The position numbers and the translations under genes are program-made. Shown here piece after piece: positions 8,954 to 18,018 of a stretch of 64,000 nt of DNA; within the stretch, counting starts at the first letter, position 1; every line of letters begins with the position of its first letter. The stretch comes from an uncultured bacterium. Lineage in GTDB: Bacteria; Patescibacteriota; Minisyncoccia; Phycocordibacterales; GWA1-40-21. Under the pieces are notes generated by a model. That model did no database searches. It saw only the letters and a program-made list of their open reading frames with translations, and was not told where the DNA came from. The stretch lies in the NCBI GenBank assembly GCA_963804975.1, contig CAWDSG010000002.1, positions 53,554 to 117,553 on the forward strand, written 5' to 3'.

Positions 8954-10372
8954 ATGGAAAAAATTGGCGAAAAATGCGGGATTTTTGGGGTTTATGGAAA
9001 AGGATTGGATGCAAGCCGTCTGACATTTTTTGGCTTGTACGCGCTCCAGCACCGGGGACAGGAAAGTTCCGGAATAGCATCGTCCGATGGCAAAAAAATA
9101 TACTGCTATAAAAATACAGGACTTGTTTCCCAAGTATTTAATGAAAATAAAATAAAAAAATTGCCGGGATTCATAGCAATCGGACACAATCGATATTCCA
9201 CCTCATCCGGCACAGGCAGAAAACATGCTCAGCCGATTGAAGTTTCGGACAAAAGCATAGTTCTGGCTCATAATGGCAACCTTCCGTGTATTTCCAAATT
9301 GACGGATTTTTTAAAAAAGAAAAATATTGTATTGAAAAATGCTTCCGACTCCACAATCATAACCGAAGCGTTGCATTGTCTGGCAAAAGAAGGGATGAAG
9401 CTCGAAAAAGCCGTTGAAAAGATTTTTTCTCTTATCACCGGCTCGTTTTCCATTCTTATAATGAATAAAGAAAAAATAATCGCCATTCGCGATAGTTGTG
9501 GCATACGTCCTTTTTCCATAGCTAAATTGAACGGCGGATATGTTTTTTCTTCGGAAACTTGTGCGTTCCATCCGATTGGCGCGGCTTTCATAAGAGATGT
9601 AAGGCCTGGAGAAATGATCGTTGTTGATAAAAAAGGATTGCGAAGCAGGCAGATTATAAAAGGAAAGCAAAAACTTGATATTTTTGAATTTGTTTATTTT
9701 TCAAGGCCGGACAGTATTCTACTTGGCCAATCTGTTTACGAAGTGAGGAAAAGATTCGGCGAGCGGCTGGCTAAAGAGTACCCGATAAAAGCGGACATAG
9801 TCATTCCCGTGCCCGAAACAGCCATTCCTGTCGCAATCGGCTATTCAAACGCTTCGGGCATTCCGTATGAAGCTGGTCTCGTAAAAAATAGATATATTCA
9901 CAGGACATTTATCGAGCCAGAACAACATATAAGAGAGCAGGGAGTCAAATTGAAACTGGCGCCTCTCAAAGAAATGATTGCCGGCAAGAAAATCGTCATC
10001 GTAGACGATTCTATCGTAAGAGGAACGACTTCAAAACAGATAGTAAAAATGCTTTTTGATACAGGAGTGAAGGAAGTTCATTTTTTAGTCAGCTCTCCGC
10101 CGGTGAAATTTCCTGATTTTTATGGCATTGATATTCCTGATCCAAGAAAACTTCTCGCTTCCGCAAAATGCGTGGAAGAAATGAATAAATTTCTCGGCTC
10201 TACATCATTAAATTTTCTTTCGTATCAAGGAATGATAAAATCCACCCATATTCCGGAATCGTCTTTTTGCACATCCTGCTTTACCGGCATTTACCCGATA
10301 GATATCGGGGAGAGGAAGAAAGTAATATGCGAAAATTATACGAATGATACGAATGAACAACGAAAATTATAA
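8954..10372 (+). CDS. purF: amidophosphoribosyltransferase (glutamine PRPP amidotransferase)
   Basis: N-terminal nucleophile Cys in CGIFGV, PRTase motif IVIVDDSIVRGTT, and a C-terminal Cys cluster CTSCFTGIYP. The ATG at 8954 is preferred over the upstream TTG at 8933. Confidence 0.85.
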   Translation: MEKIGEKCGIFGVYGKGLDASRLTFFGLYALQHRGQESSGIASSDGKKIYCYKNTGLVSQVFNENKIKKLPGFIAIGHNRYSTSSGTGRKHAQPIEVSDKSIVLAHNGNLPCISKLTDFLKKKNIVLKNASDSTIITEALHCLAKEGMKLEKAVEKIFSLITGSFSILIMNKEKIIAIRDSCGIRPFSIAKLNGGYVFSSETCAFHPIGAAFIRDVRPGEMIVVDKKGLRSRQIIKGKQKLDIFEFVYFSRPDSILLGQSVYEVRKRFGERLAKEYPIKADIVIPVPETAIPVAIGYSNASGIPYEAGLVKNRYIHRTFIEPEQHIREQGVKLKLAPLKEMIAGKKIVIVDDSIVRGTTSKQIVKMLFDTGVKEVHFLVSSPPVKFPDFYGIDIPDPRKLLASAKCVEEMNKFLGSTSLNFLSYQGMIKSTHIPESSFCTSCFTGIYPIDIGERKKVICENYTNDTNEQRKL

Positions 10373-10378
10373 AAATAA

Positions 10379-10756
10379 ATGGGAAAAGAACAAAAAGTAA
10401 GCAGTAAAGTATTATATCCGGAATTATCTTATAAAATAAACGGCATTTTATTCTCAATTCATAATGAAATGGGTATTTTTGCGAGAGAAAAACAATACGG
10501 AGATTTGCTTGAAGAAAAATTAAATGAAAACAATATAAAATATGAACGCGAAGTAAGAATATCAGACACCGGCGACATTGCTGATTTTATCGTTGAAGAT
10601 CAGATAGTCTTAGAATTAAAATCAGAAAGATTTATAACAAGAGATAATTACAGGCAGATTCAAAACTATCTGCAACAAACAAGATTAAAATTGGGGATTC
10701 TGGCAAATTTCAGAAGCAAGTTTTTAGTTCCAGTTCGTGTTATCCGCATAGATTAA
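10379..10756 (+). CDS. GxxExxY-family protein (PD-(D/E)xK-like)
   Basis: Family pattern seen: N-terminal HNEMGIFAREKQYGDLLEEKL, IVLELKSE, and C-terminal KLGILANFRSKFLVPVRVI. Confidence 0.7.
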   Translation: MGKEQKVSSKVLYPELSYKINGILFSIHNEMGIFAREKQYGDLLEEKLNENNIKYEREVRISDTGDIADFIVEDQIVLELKSERFITRDNYRQIQNYLQQTRLKLGILANFRSKFLVPVRVIRID

Positions 10757-10814
10757 GAATTAAAAGTTTTCGCAGACATTCGTAATATTCGCATAATTTT
10801 CGTATAATATTAAT

Positions 10815-11069
10815 ATGTTTGATATAGGAAAATATCTGGAAAAATTCAAAAAATTCTCGCAGTCGCGGGATTTTTTGAGAAATTCCGTCGCCGAAGCGAT
10901 AAAAGAAATCTGCAATATTGAAATTGATCCGAAAAAAATTGAAGTGAAAAATGGAATTGTCAGAATCAGCGAAAAACCGGTGATAAAAACAGAAATTTTC
11001 CTGAAAAAATCAAAAATTCTGAATAATTTAAAAGAAAAGAAACACATTGACATTTTTGACATTATCTGA
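10815..11069 (+). CDS. small hypothetical protein (possibly DUF721/DciA-like)
   Basis: 84 aa, basic, near dnaA/dnaN. Only loose resemblance to DciA-type proteins. Confidence 0.3.
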   Translation: MFDIGKYLEKFKKFSQSRDFLRNSVAEAIKEICNIEIDPKKIEVKNGIVRISEKPVIKTEIFLKKSKILNNLKEKKHIDIFDII

Positions 11070-11150
11070 TATCATTTCAATTGGAGTAAACATTCGTGTT
11101 TATCGCTTGCTCTCTTTAAAATAAAATAAGAAAAAGAAAGGGGACTGGTT

Positions 11151-11942
11151 ATGAAAAATAACTCTGCCCAAAAGAAGGAAATCCGTCTGGCGACTGCCGG
11201 ACAGATAAAGGATCTCTGCGCTGTAGCGGTGCAAGGAATCCCGGCAAAAGTTGCTTTTGGAGATGCCGAAGCCGCACTTCTCAAAAAAGAGCGGTTGGTG
11301 AAGCATATTCAAAACTTTTTTCGCCAATTACCAACCGAATTACCTAGGAATCTCGCCGAAGCCCTTGCTGAATCCGAAGCGTTTACCAGGGAGTGTTTCG
11401 GTTTGAAAAACATTCCTTCGCTGTCCAAGCTTTTTGTTTTGCCGGAAAAACTGCCGTACGATGTTTTCGCGGCTTTTGTTCCCGCCGGCGCGGATTACCG
11501 CGATTGCGTAAATGCGATGAAAAAAGCCAGGAAGGGTCTCGCTGTTTACGAAGAGGAGGATGTGAACAAGTACTCCAATTCGCAAGCGGTGGACAAATCA
11601 CGTCTTTATCTCATTGAGCGTTCAGAACGCCCAAATAAAGACACGATGGGTTTGTCTCCGGATAAACTCATTGAAACGGGGAAAACTTTTCTCGGCCTCG
11701 GTCCGTACGCTGTTGTGATGGGACAATACCACATGGCAACGGGGAAATACTTGGATCTGGAAACATGGACTTGGTTTCCAAAAGATCGGCTTCTGGATAA
11801 GAATGGTTGCAAGACTGGCGAGGTCGCGAACGGCGACTGGCGCCCGGACGGCACGAGGGTCGGGTTCGGCTGGAGCATCGCGGCGGGCGAGTACGCCTGC
11901 GCCGGTGCTCGCTTGGCAACCGAGGTTCCCCTTAAATCTTAA
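11151..11942 (+). CDS. DGR target (variable) protein; C-terminal 33 codons form the variable region
   Basis: 263 aa with no signal peptide. GC is clearly elevated versus flanks. The C-terminus GEVANGDWRPDGTRVGFGWSIAAGEYACAGARL is encoded by the VR. Confidence 0.75.
   Translation: MKNNSAQKKEIRLATAGQIKDLCAVAVQGIPAKVAFGDAEAALLKKERLVKHIQNFFRQLPTELPRNLAEALAESEAFTRECFGLKNIPSLSKLFVLPEKLPYDVFAAFVPAGADYRDCVNAMKKARKGLAVYEEEDVNKYSNSQAVDKSRLYLIERSERPNKDTMGLSPDKLIETGKTFLGLGPYAVVMGQYHMATGKYLDLETWTWFPKDRLLDKNGCKTGEVANGDWRPDGTRVGFGWSIAAGEYACAGARLATEVPLKS
11817..11916 (+). repeat. DGR variable repeat (VR)
   Basis: A 100-bp copy of the TR. There are 16 mismatches, all at positions where the TR has A (A to G/C/T). 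A 16-bp GC-rich shared 3' end gccggtgctcgcttgg is IMH-like. Confidence 0.85.
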
Positions 11943-11964
11943 AACTTTTTTTCTTAATCCTTAC

Positions 11965-12006
11965 ACTGCATTGAATGGCCCCCATAGCGTTCAATGCAGT
12001 TTTTTT
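11965..12006 (+). terminator. perfect 11-bp stem hairpin plus T-run immediately downstream of VR (DGR homing hairpin and/or terminator)
   Basis: Stem actgcattgaa ... ttcaatgcagt with a 14-nt loop tggcccccatagcg, then tttttt. Confidence 0.6.
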
Positions 12007-12182
12007 ATATAATAAAAACGGCTGTTAAGCTGGTTTTGCAAAAACAAAACGACAGTTTGCCAAAATATAGAAATTGCTTGCTATTTTTTATACTAAGCTC
12101 GCAAAACCTCGGGAAAAACGCAGAAAATTTTGTAAAAGATTTTCGGTGATATGGACGAAAGATGGCAATAAAGCTTCCCAGT

Positions 12183-12282
12183 GGCAAGGTCGCGAACGGC
12201 AACTGGAACCCGGACAGCACGAAGGTCAGGTTCAACTGGAACAACGCGGCGAACGAGAACGACTACGCCGGTGCTCGCTTGG
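12183..12282 (+). repeat. DGR template repeat (TR), rich in AAC codons
   Basis: About 27 adenines, including roughly nine AAC triplets in the VR reading frame. Lies within a 54-codon micro-ORF (12162-12326). Followed by the hairpin aaaggagc..gctccttt. Confidence 0.85.
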
Positions 12283-12303
12283 AAATTTCTCGCAAAAAGG
12301 AGC

Positions 12304-12609
12304 TTAACTGGCTCCTTTTGTGTTGATATAATTGAGCCATCCATTAGCCATTTTTGAAATTTCTATAATCTGGTTTGAAAGATGAAGATAACAATTTTCC
12401 CCAATAATACAAAGCTCTTTTTCCGTTCTTATGAGATTTTGCAAAATATTGATTTTAATTCTCAATAATTCCAAGGATTCTTTCTTGGCAATTTTTGATT
12501 TTAAAGCTGATTCTATGGCAAGAGACAGTATTTCAATGCAAGTTTTTTCCACAAGAGCGTGTATTCCCAATTTATCTCTTTTGGAAAGTTTTTGGCTCAA
12601 GACATACAA
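12304..12609 (-). CDS. avd: Avd-like four-helix-bundle protein (23S rRNA intervening-sequence protein family) - DGR accessory variability determinant candidate
   Basis: C-terminal ...LELLRIKINILQNLIRTEKELCIIGENCYLHLSNQIIEISKMANGWLNY matches the conserved helix 3-4 pattern of the family (EExxxLxxxLEEIxKMLNGLI). Positioned between the TR and the RT but on the opposite strand. Confidence 0.6.
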   Translation of the reverse strand: MYVLSQKLSKRDKLGIHALVEKTCIEILSLAIESALKSKIAKKESLELLRIKINILQNLIRTEKELCIIGENCYLHLSNQIIEISKMANGWLNYINTKGAS

Positions 12610-12637
12610 ATCTTTATATAGTATTCTTATTTTATGA

Positions 12638-13684
12638 ATGATAGGAATATTGTCTGCGGGGGGGGGGCGTCATAGTTTGAATTTTTATGATGTAATATCT
12701 GTTAAAAATTTATTTGAAGCTTGGCAAAATTTTTCTAAAAACAAAAAATCAAAAACGGAAGTTGCCAAGTTTGAATTGAATCTTGAAGAAAATCTGTTTA
12801 ACTTACATCAAGAATTGATGGCCGAAATCTGGAATCCGAAACCATATATAAAATTTTCTGTTTGCGACCCGAAACTCCGCGAAATACACAAAGCCGATAT
12901 AAGAGATATGATTTTATATCAAGTTGTGTACCAATCATTATACCAGATTTTTGACCTGGTATTTATTTTTGATTCATATTCATCAAGAAAAACAAAAGGA
13001 ACTCATGCGGGAGTTGAAAGATTTGTGGAATTTGCGAGAAAAGTTTCAAAGAATTACAAAACCGGCGGATATGCTTTGAAATGCGACATTAGAAAATTTT
13101 TTGATTCAATAAACCATAAAATATTGATTGGTTTTATAAGAAAGAAAATTACTGACGAAAAACTTATGGCAATTATTGAGAAAATAATATATTCATTTGA
13201 AAAAAGTCCGGGCAATGGTTTGCCGCTCGGCAATGTCACAAGCCAGCTTTTTTCAAATATTTATCTCAATGAACTTGACCAATTTATCAAACACAAACTG
13301 AAAGCGAAATATTACATAAGATATTGCGATGATTTTGTGATTTTAAGCGACACTTTGGAGTTTTTAGATTTTTGCTTATTAAAAATTAAAGATTTTTGTT
13401 CAAAACACCTTTTAATAGAGCTTCATCCAAATAAAATCCATATACAAAAACTTAATTCGGGAACTGATTTTCTAGGATATGTTTGCTTGCCTCACAGAAA
13501 AGTTTTGAGAACAAAGACCAAAAACAGGATTTTGAAGAAAATAAACAAATTAAAAATAGATTTTAATGATAGAAAAATAGATCAAGAAAAATTGGAGCAA
13601 ACTATGCCATCTTATTTGGGAATGTTAAAACATTGCAATGGCGAGAAGATAAAGGAACAAATAGAAAGAATTTTTACTGATTAA
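12638..13684 (+). CDS. DGR-type reverse transcriptase
   Basis: RT motifs are present, with the YxDD box as YIRYCDDFVIL. The DGR-specific LGNVTSQ sits where group II intron RTs have QGxxxSP. A G10 homopolymer runs through codons 7-10, so the exact 5' end is uncertain. Confidence 0.9.
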   Translation: MIGILSAGGGRHSLNFYDVISVKNLFEAWQNFSKNKKSKTEVAKFELNLEENLFNLHQELMAEIWNPKPYIKFSVCDPKLREIHKADIRDMILYQVVYQSLYQIFDLVFIFDSYSSRKTKGTHAGVERFVEFARKVSKNYKTGGYALKCDIRKFFDSINHKILIGFIRKKITDEKLMAIIEKIIYSFEKSPGNGLPLGNVTSQLFSNIYLNELDQFIKHKLKAKYYIRYCDDFVILSDTLEFLDFCLLKIKDFCSKHLLIELHPNKIHIQKLNSGTDFLGYVCLPHRKVLRTKTKNRILKKINKLKIDFNDRKIDQEKLEQTMPSYLGMLKHCNGEKIKEQIERIFTD

Positions 13685-16259
13685 TCGTAATCGGTATCGT
13701 AATATCTCCCTCGTTGTACACACTGTCATACACCACAACTTTCAATTGGTTTGTTCCTATAATGAGCGAATTGACCGAAGATGGCACGAAATTAAGCACA
13801 AACGGCGAAGTATCAGAAGTGCCTATCAATTGGTCGTTTAAGTAGAAATTTGCCCGCGCCGCAGGGTAGTTTGAATTTATGGAGGGCGATACTGTAATCC
13901 TGCTGTTCTGGCTATACTGCGCAGTTGAATTCGGCGATAAAATATTTATTTTCGGTTTGTTTGCCGCGGTATGTACATCATCATAAGTGGTTGGTTTTTG
14001 AACAACGGGCTGTGGATGTGCCGAAATCCATTGTTGCACTCCATATTCCCAAGAATTAAATTGTGCGTCATCGCTCGGATTTGAAGGCGGAGGGCCGTTT
14101 GGATTTGATTTGTCCACCCAATACAAAACAGAATGGATATTCGGCACAGCCACTTCTTCTTTTGTTTCAGGCGGAGTCGTATCGGTCGCGAGCTTGCCTG
14201 AAATTTTGTCTATAAAATACGTATCATCGCCCTGCCAGATTCCGCGGAGCACCGGTTTGAGTGTCTGATCAACCGGCTCTGGTTTTATAAAATCATCCAC
14301 AGATGTGCTTGCAAGCGCGGCGGCCATCAACTGTTGCCAAAGCGGCGCGATAATCAGCCCCGCGACATTTTTTACCATCGGCGTGTTATCATTATTTCCC
14401 GCCCATGCTCCCACAGCGATATCGGGCGTGTAGCCGAATGTCCATACGTCTTTATAATCGTTCGTAGTCCCCGTCTTTGCGGCAACTTGCCTTCCAGAAA
14501 ACATGAAAACGGAGTTTGTCCCGTATTCCGGCGCCTTGGCCGCATTGTCCGACAGAACATCATTCATAATATCCGCAATATTCTGTTGTAAAACTTGCTG
14601 GCTGTTCGATGTGTACTGCTCGACAATATTCCCGTTTGCGCCTTCAACTGAAAGAATGCCCGTGTAAGGATTTCTTACGCCTTCATTTGCAAAAACTCCA
14701 TAAGCGCTTGTCATATCAAGAAGCGAAACCTCTCCTCCGCCGAGAACAAGCGTAAGGCCGTATTGATTCGGATCGTCCGAAAGAGTCGTGATTCCCATTA
14801 CCTTTGCCGTATTGAGCGAATCTTGCTGTCCCGCGAGATAAAAAAGCTTGATGGAGGGAATATTTAAAGACAAATCAATCGCGGTTCGGAGCGTTACAGG
14901 GCCGCGATACAATCCGTCAAAATCCTGAGGCATATAGCATGCCGTGGACGATGATATTACCGTATCGGGATTGATCTGCTGGCCTTCCGGTGTGCATGTG
15001 CTTTGAAATTCCGTCGGGACATCAAAAAGAACGGTGTCCGGAGTATATCCTTTTTCAAAAGCGGTCGCATAGATGAAAGGTTTGAATGTCGAGCCCGGCT
15101 GTCTGTGGGCCAAAGCCACATTAAACTGTCCGTCAGTCGTTGTGGAAAAATAATCGCTTGAACCTATCATGGCGAGAATTTGCCCGGTTTTCGGATCAAT
15201 GGCGACGGCGGCCGTGTTTGACGCGTTGAAATTCTTTTCAAGCGTAGGCATATAATTTTTTATTATCTCTTCCATTTTTGCCTGCAGATTATAATCAAGC
15301 GTTGTGACGACTTTGTACCCGTTTTGCATAACGGCATCTTCGCCATATTTACCCACAAGATATTGTTTGATGAATTGCACGAAATGCGGAGCGAGGATAC
15401 CGGTCGGAGACGGGGGCAGAAACTGCACATTTTCTTTTATCGCTCCATCGTACTCTTCCTGCGTGATAAATTTATTGTCAAGCATTTTTTGCAGGACCAG
15501 ATTTTTTCGCGCATCAAGCTCGTTTTTATTTTGCCCGTATGGAGAATAATATGTCGGAGCGTTTGCTATGGCGGCGATGTACGCGGCCTGCGCAAGCGTG
15601 ACGGATGCCGAACTTGTGCCGAAAAACATCTGGCTTGCTTCCTCAACGCCGTAAATATTTCCGCCGTAAGGATTTTCGTTGAGATAAATCGAAAGTATAT
15701 CGTTCTTACTCATTGTTTTTTCAAGCTCAATCGAAAGCACCCATTCTTTCAATTTTCTTGAAATCGTTTTCTCGTTTGTCAGAAGAGAATTTTTGATGAC
15801 CTGCTGGGTTATTGTCGAGCCACCCTGGCTGAAACTGCCGGAAAGGATATCGGCGAATATTGAGCGTATGATGGAAGTTACTTTTATTCCGCCATGCTGG
15901 TAAAAACCGGGATCTTCTATCGCAATCGTCGCATTTTTCAGGTTCTGGCCGATTTCATCAAAAGGCATTACAGTCCTTTTTTCGCCTTGATGGATATCAT
16001 AAAGCAACACGGTGCCTGTCCTGTCATATATTTTTGTGGACTGGGTTACTTTTATGGCGCTAAATGAAGAAAGGTCCGGCAGTTTGAAAGTGGAGACCCA
16101 AAGGGCAAGCAAACCTGACCCGACCAAAAACAAAAAAATCAAACCCCAGAAAATTTTTTTCCTCGTGCTGATTTTTGTCGAAAGGGCGTCTTTGCGCAAA
16201 GAATGGACGACTCTTTTTGTTTTTGCCTTTATATCCGATATTTCCAACATAGTAGGCAA
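13674..16259 (-). CDS. bifunctional class A penicillin-binding protein (glycosyltransferase + transpeptidase) with C-terminal extension
   Basis: GT motifs EDPGFYQHGGI and GGSTITQQ, TP motif STFKPF, and an N-terminal TM anchor. The roughly 150-aa C-terminal extension is of unknown function. Confidence 0.9.
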   Translation of the reverse strand: MPTMLEISDIKAKTKRVVHSLRKDALSTKISTRKKIFWGLIFLFLVGSGLLALWVSTFKLPDLSSFSAIKVTQSTKIYDRTGTVLLYDIHQGEKRTVMPFDEIGQNLKNATIAIEDPGFYQHGGIKVTSIIRSIFADILSGSFSQGGSTITQQVIKNSLLTNEKTISRKLKEWVLSIELEKTMSKNDILSIYLNENPYGGNIYGVEEASQMFFGTSSASVTLAQAAYIAAIANAPTYYSPYGQNKNELDARKNLVLQKMLDNKFITQEEYDGAIKENVQFLPPSPTGILAPHFVQFIKQYLVGKYGEDAVMQNGYKVVTTLDYNLQAKMEEIIKNYMPTLEKNFNASNTAAVAIDPKTGQILAMIGSSDYFSTTTDGQFNVALAHRQPGSTFKPFIYATAFEKGYTPDTVLFDVPTEFQSTCTPEGQQINPDTVISSSTACYMPQDFDGLYRGPVTLRTAIDLSLNIPSIKLFYLAGQQDSLNTAKVMGITTLSDDPNQYGLTLVLGGGEVSLLDMTSAYGVFANEGVRNPYTGILSVEGANGNIVEQYTSNSQQVLQQNIADIMNDVLSDNAAKAPEYGTNSVFMFSGRQVAAKTGTTNDYKDVWTFGYTPDIAVGAWAGNNDNTPMVKNVAGLIIAPLWQQLMAAALASTSVDDFIKPEPVDQTLKPVLRGIWQGDDTYFIDKISGKLATDTTPPETKEEVAVPNIHSVLYWVDKSNPNGPPPSNPSDDAQFNSWEYGVQQWISAHPQPVVQKPTTYDDVHTAANKPKINILSPNSTAQYSQNSRITVSPSINSNYPAARANFYLNDQLIGTSDTSPFVLNFVPSSVNSLIIGTNQLKVVVYDSVYNEGDITIPITINQ

Positions 16260-16316
16260 ATTATAGCATTTATCGCAAAAGATGAAAAAAATGCCATTTT
16301 ATGGTAGATTTTATGT

Positions 16317-17516
16317 ATGATAAGCACCGATCCAGAAAAAATAGAAGAGTTTTTAACGCGCGGAATTGAAAATATATTTCCCAGTAAAGAATTTGTAAAA
16401 AAACAGCTTCAAAGCGGAAAAAAGCTGAAAATGTATCTTGGAATTGATCCGACCTCTCCAACGCTTCATATAGGCAATGCTGTTCCGCTCAAAAAACTTG
16501 CTGAATTTCAAGCTCTTGGGCATGAAGCGATTTTGCTTATCGGTGATTTTACCGCGACAATAGGCGACCCGACGGATAAAATGGCAGCAAGAAAACAATT
16601 GACAAGGAAACAAGTGCTTAAAAACTGCAGACAATATAAAAAACAGGCGTCGGTGTTTTTAAAATTTGGATTTGGCGGCGCAAAATTGAAATATAATTCC
16701 AAATGGCTTGCAAAACTTTCATTTAAAGAACTGGTTGATCTTGCTTCTAATATGACATACGCCCAGACCATAAAACGCTCAATGTTTCAAGAGCGAATGA
16801 AAGAAGGAAAAGATGTTTATATAAATGAATTTTTGTATCCTCTGATGCAGGGATATGACAGCGTTGTTATGGACGTTGACGGAGAAATCGGCGGAAATGA
16901 CCAGATGTTCAATATGCTTGTTGGGCGCGATCTTTTGAAAAAGATAAAGAATAAGGAAAAATTTGTCATTACCACCAAGCTTTTGACTGATAATTCAGGA
17001 GTTAAAATGGGGAAAACCGAAGGAAATATGATTAATTTGAACGATATTCCGGAAGAAATGTTCGGCAAAGTAATGAGCTGGACTGATGGAATGATTTTGC
17101 CGGCATTCGAGCTTTGCACAGATGTTTCAATGGAAGAAATAGGAAAAATCAAGAAAGATCTTGAAAGCGGAGCAAATCCACGCGACGCAAAGATGCGACT
17201 GGCGAAAGAAATCGTCAAAATTTATCACGGAGCCGAAAAAGCGGATAAAGCCGAGAAGAATTTCATTGAGACCTTTAAAAAAGGCGGATTGCCGGAAAAT
17301 CTTGAGGAAATAAAAGCAGAAAATGTAAAATTACTCTCGGAAGTTCTGGTCGGTGCAAAAATTGTTGATTCAAAAAGCGATTTCAGGCGCCTTGCGGAAG
17401 AAGGAGCAGTTTCCGATGCCGTTTCTGGCGAAAAAATAACCGATCCAAATTATAAAATTGAAAAAAATATTACACTTAAGGTAGGTAAGAAAAGATTTGT
17501 GAAGATAAGTTTATAA
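16317..17516 (+). CDS. tyrS: tyrosyl-tRNA synthetase
   Basis: HIGH-type motif PTLHIGN, AEFQALGHEAILLIGDFTATIGDP, and KMSKS-type KMGKT. A C-terminal S4-like tail is present. Confidence 0.85.
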   Translation: MISTDPEKIEEFLTRGIENIFPSKEFVKKQLQSGKKLKMYLGIDPTSPTLHIGNAVPLKKLAEFQALGHEAILLIGDFTATIGDPTDKMAARKQLTRKQVLKNCRQYKKQASVFLKFGFGGAKLKYNSKWLAKLSFKELVDLASNMTYAQTIKRSMFQERMKEGKDVYINEFLYPLMQGYDSVVMDVDGEIGGNDQMFNMLVGRDLLKKIKNKEKFVITTKLLTDNSGVKMGKTEGNMINLNDIPEEMFGKVMSWTDGMILPAFELCTDVSMEEIGKIKKDLESGANPRDAKMRLAKEIVKIYHGAEKADKAEKNFIETFKKGGLPENLEEIKAENVKLLSEVLVGAKIVDSKSDFRRLAEEGAVSDAVSGEKITDPNYKIEKNITLKVGKKRFVKISL

Positions 17517-17526
17517 ATTTTATTTT

Positions 17527-17973
17527 TTAATGAGGTTTACGTAATTCACTATTTATTTCTTTATTCCAGTTGGTTAATTCATAAAAATCCATTACTTCCC
17601 GCGCTTTTATTTTTTTAATTCGTTCTTCTGGCATTGGTATTTCCAGATCAGTGATTTTATACTGCAGCTTATCTCCCTCAAGCTGCTTTAAATTTTTTCT
17701 AGGTATTGTGTCAGTGTTAATTTCATAAACATAAATATCTTCATCAGGAGAAAAAAGTTCTGGATTTTCAAATTCTATTTTCTTTTTATCCTGATTAATC
17801 TTTGTGATCCCTTCCGGGCTTATTCCCATAGCTATGGCATAGCCATAATCAGAAGAAAAATAAATAGCATTATCCAATTCCTCAGATGGAACACCAGAAA
17901 GGGATTCGCTTTTTTGCGCCTGTTGCGGTTCCAAAGCATCAAGTAATTTTTTTGAAGCATGATAAAGTTTCAT
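17527..17973 (-). CDS. hypothetical protein
   Basis: 148-aa ORF divergent from ruvC. No recognisable motif. Confidence 0.35.
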   Translation of the reverse strand: MKLYHASKKLLDALEPQQAQKSESLSGVPSEELDNAIYFSSDYGYAIAMGISPEGITKINQDKKKIEFENPELFSPDEDIYVYEINTDTIPRKNLKQLEGDKLQYKITDLEIPMPEERIKKIKAREVMDFYELTNWNKEINSELRKPH

Positions 17974-18018
17974 AAGAGTATTATATCAAATAATATTAAA
18001 TTTGGTTATAATTGTCCT

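Larger units (their letters stand above)
11151..13684 (+). other. diversity-generating retroelement (DGR) cassette: target gene with VR, TR, avd and reverse transcriptase
   Basis: VR and TR are 100-bp repeats that differ only at TR adenines. The RT carries the GxxxSQ motif. An Avd-like four-helix-bundle gene is present. See the individual features. Confidence 0.85.

Noticed and set aside
10815-11069. Calling the 84-aa protein DciA (helicase loader)
   Set aside because: Only loose pattern similarity and suggestive location near dnaA/dnaN; kept as a hypothetical protein with a low-confidence note rather than a named call.
11340-11919. Several 70-90-aa ORFs on both strands inside the DGR target gene (for example 11668-11919 minus, Arg/Pro/Ser-rich)
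   Set aside because: The local high GC removes stop codons in all frames, so long ORFs arise by chance; they overlap the coherent target gene.
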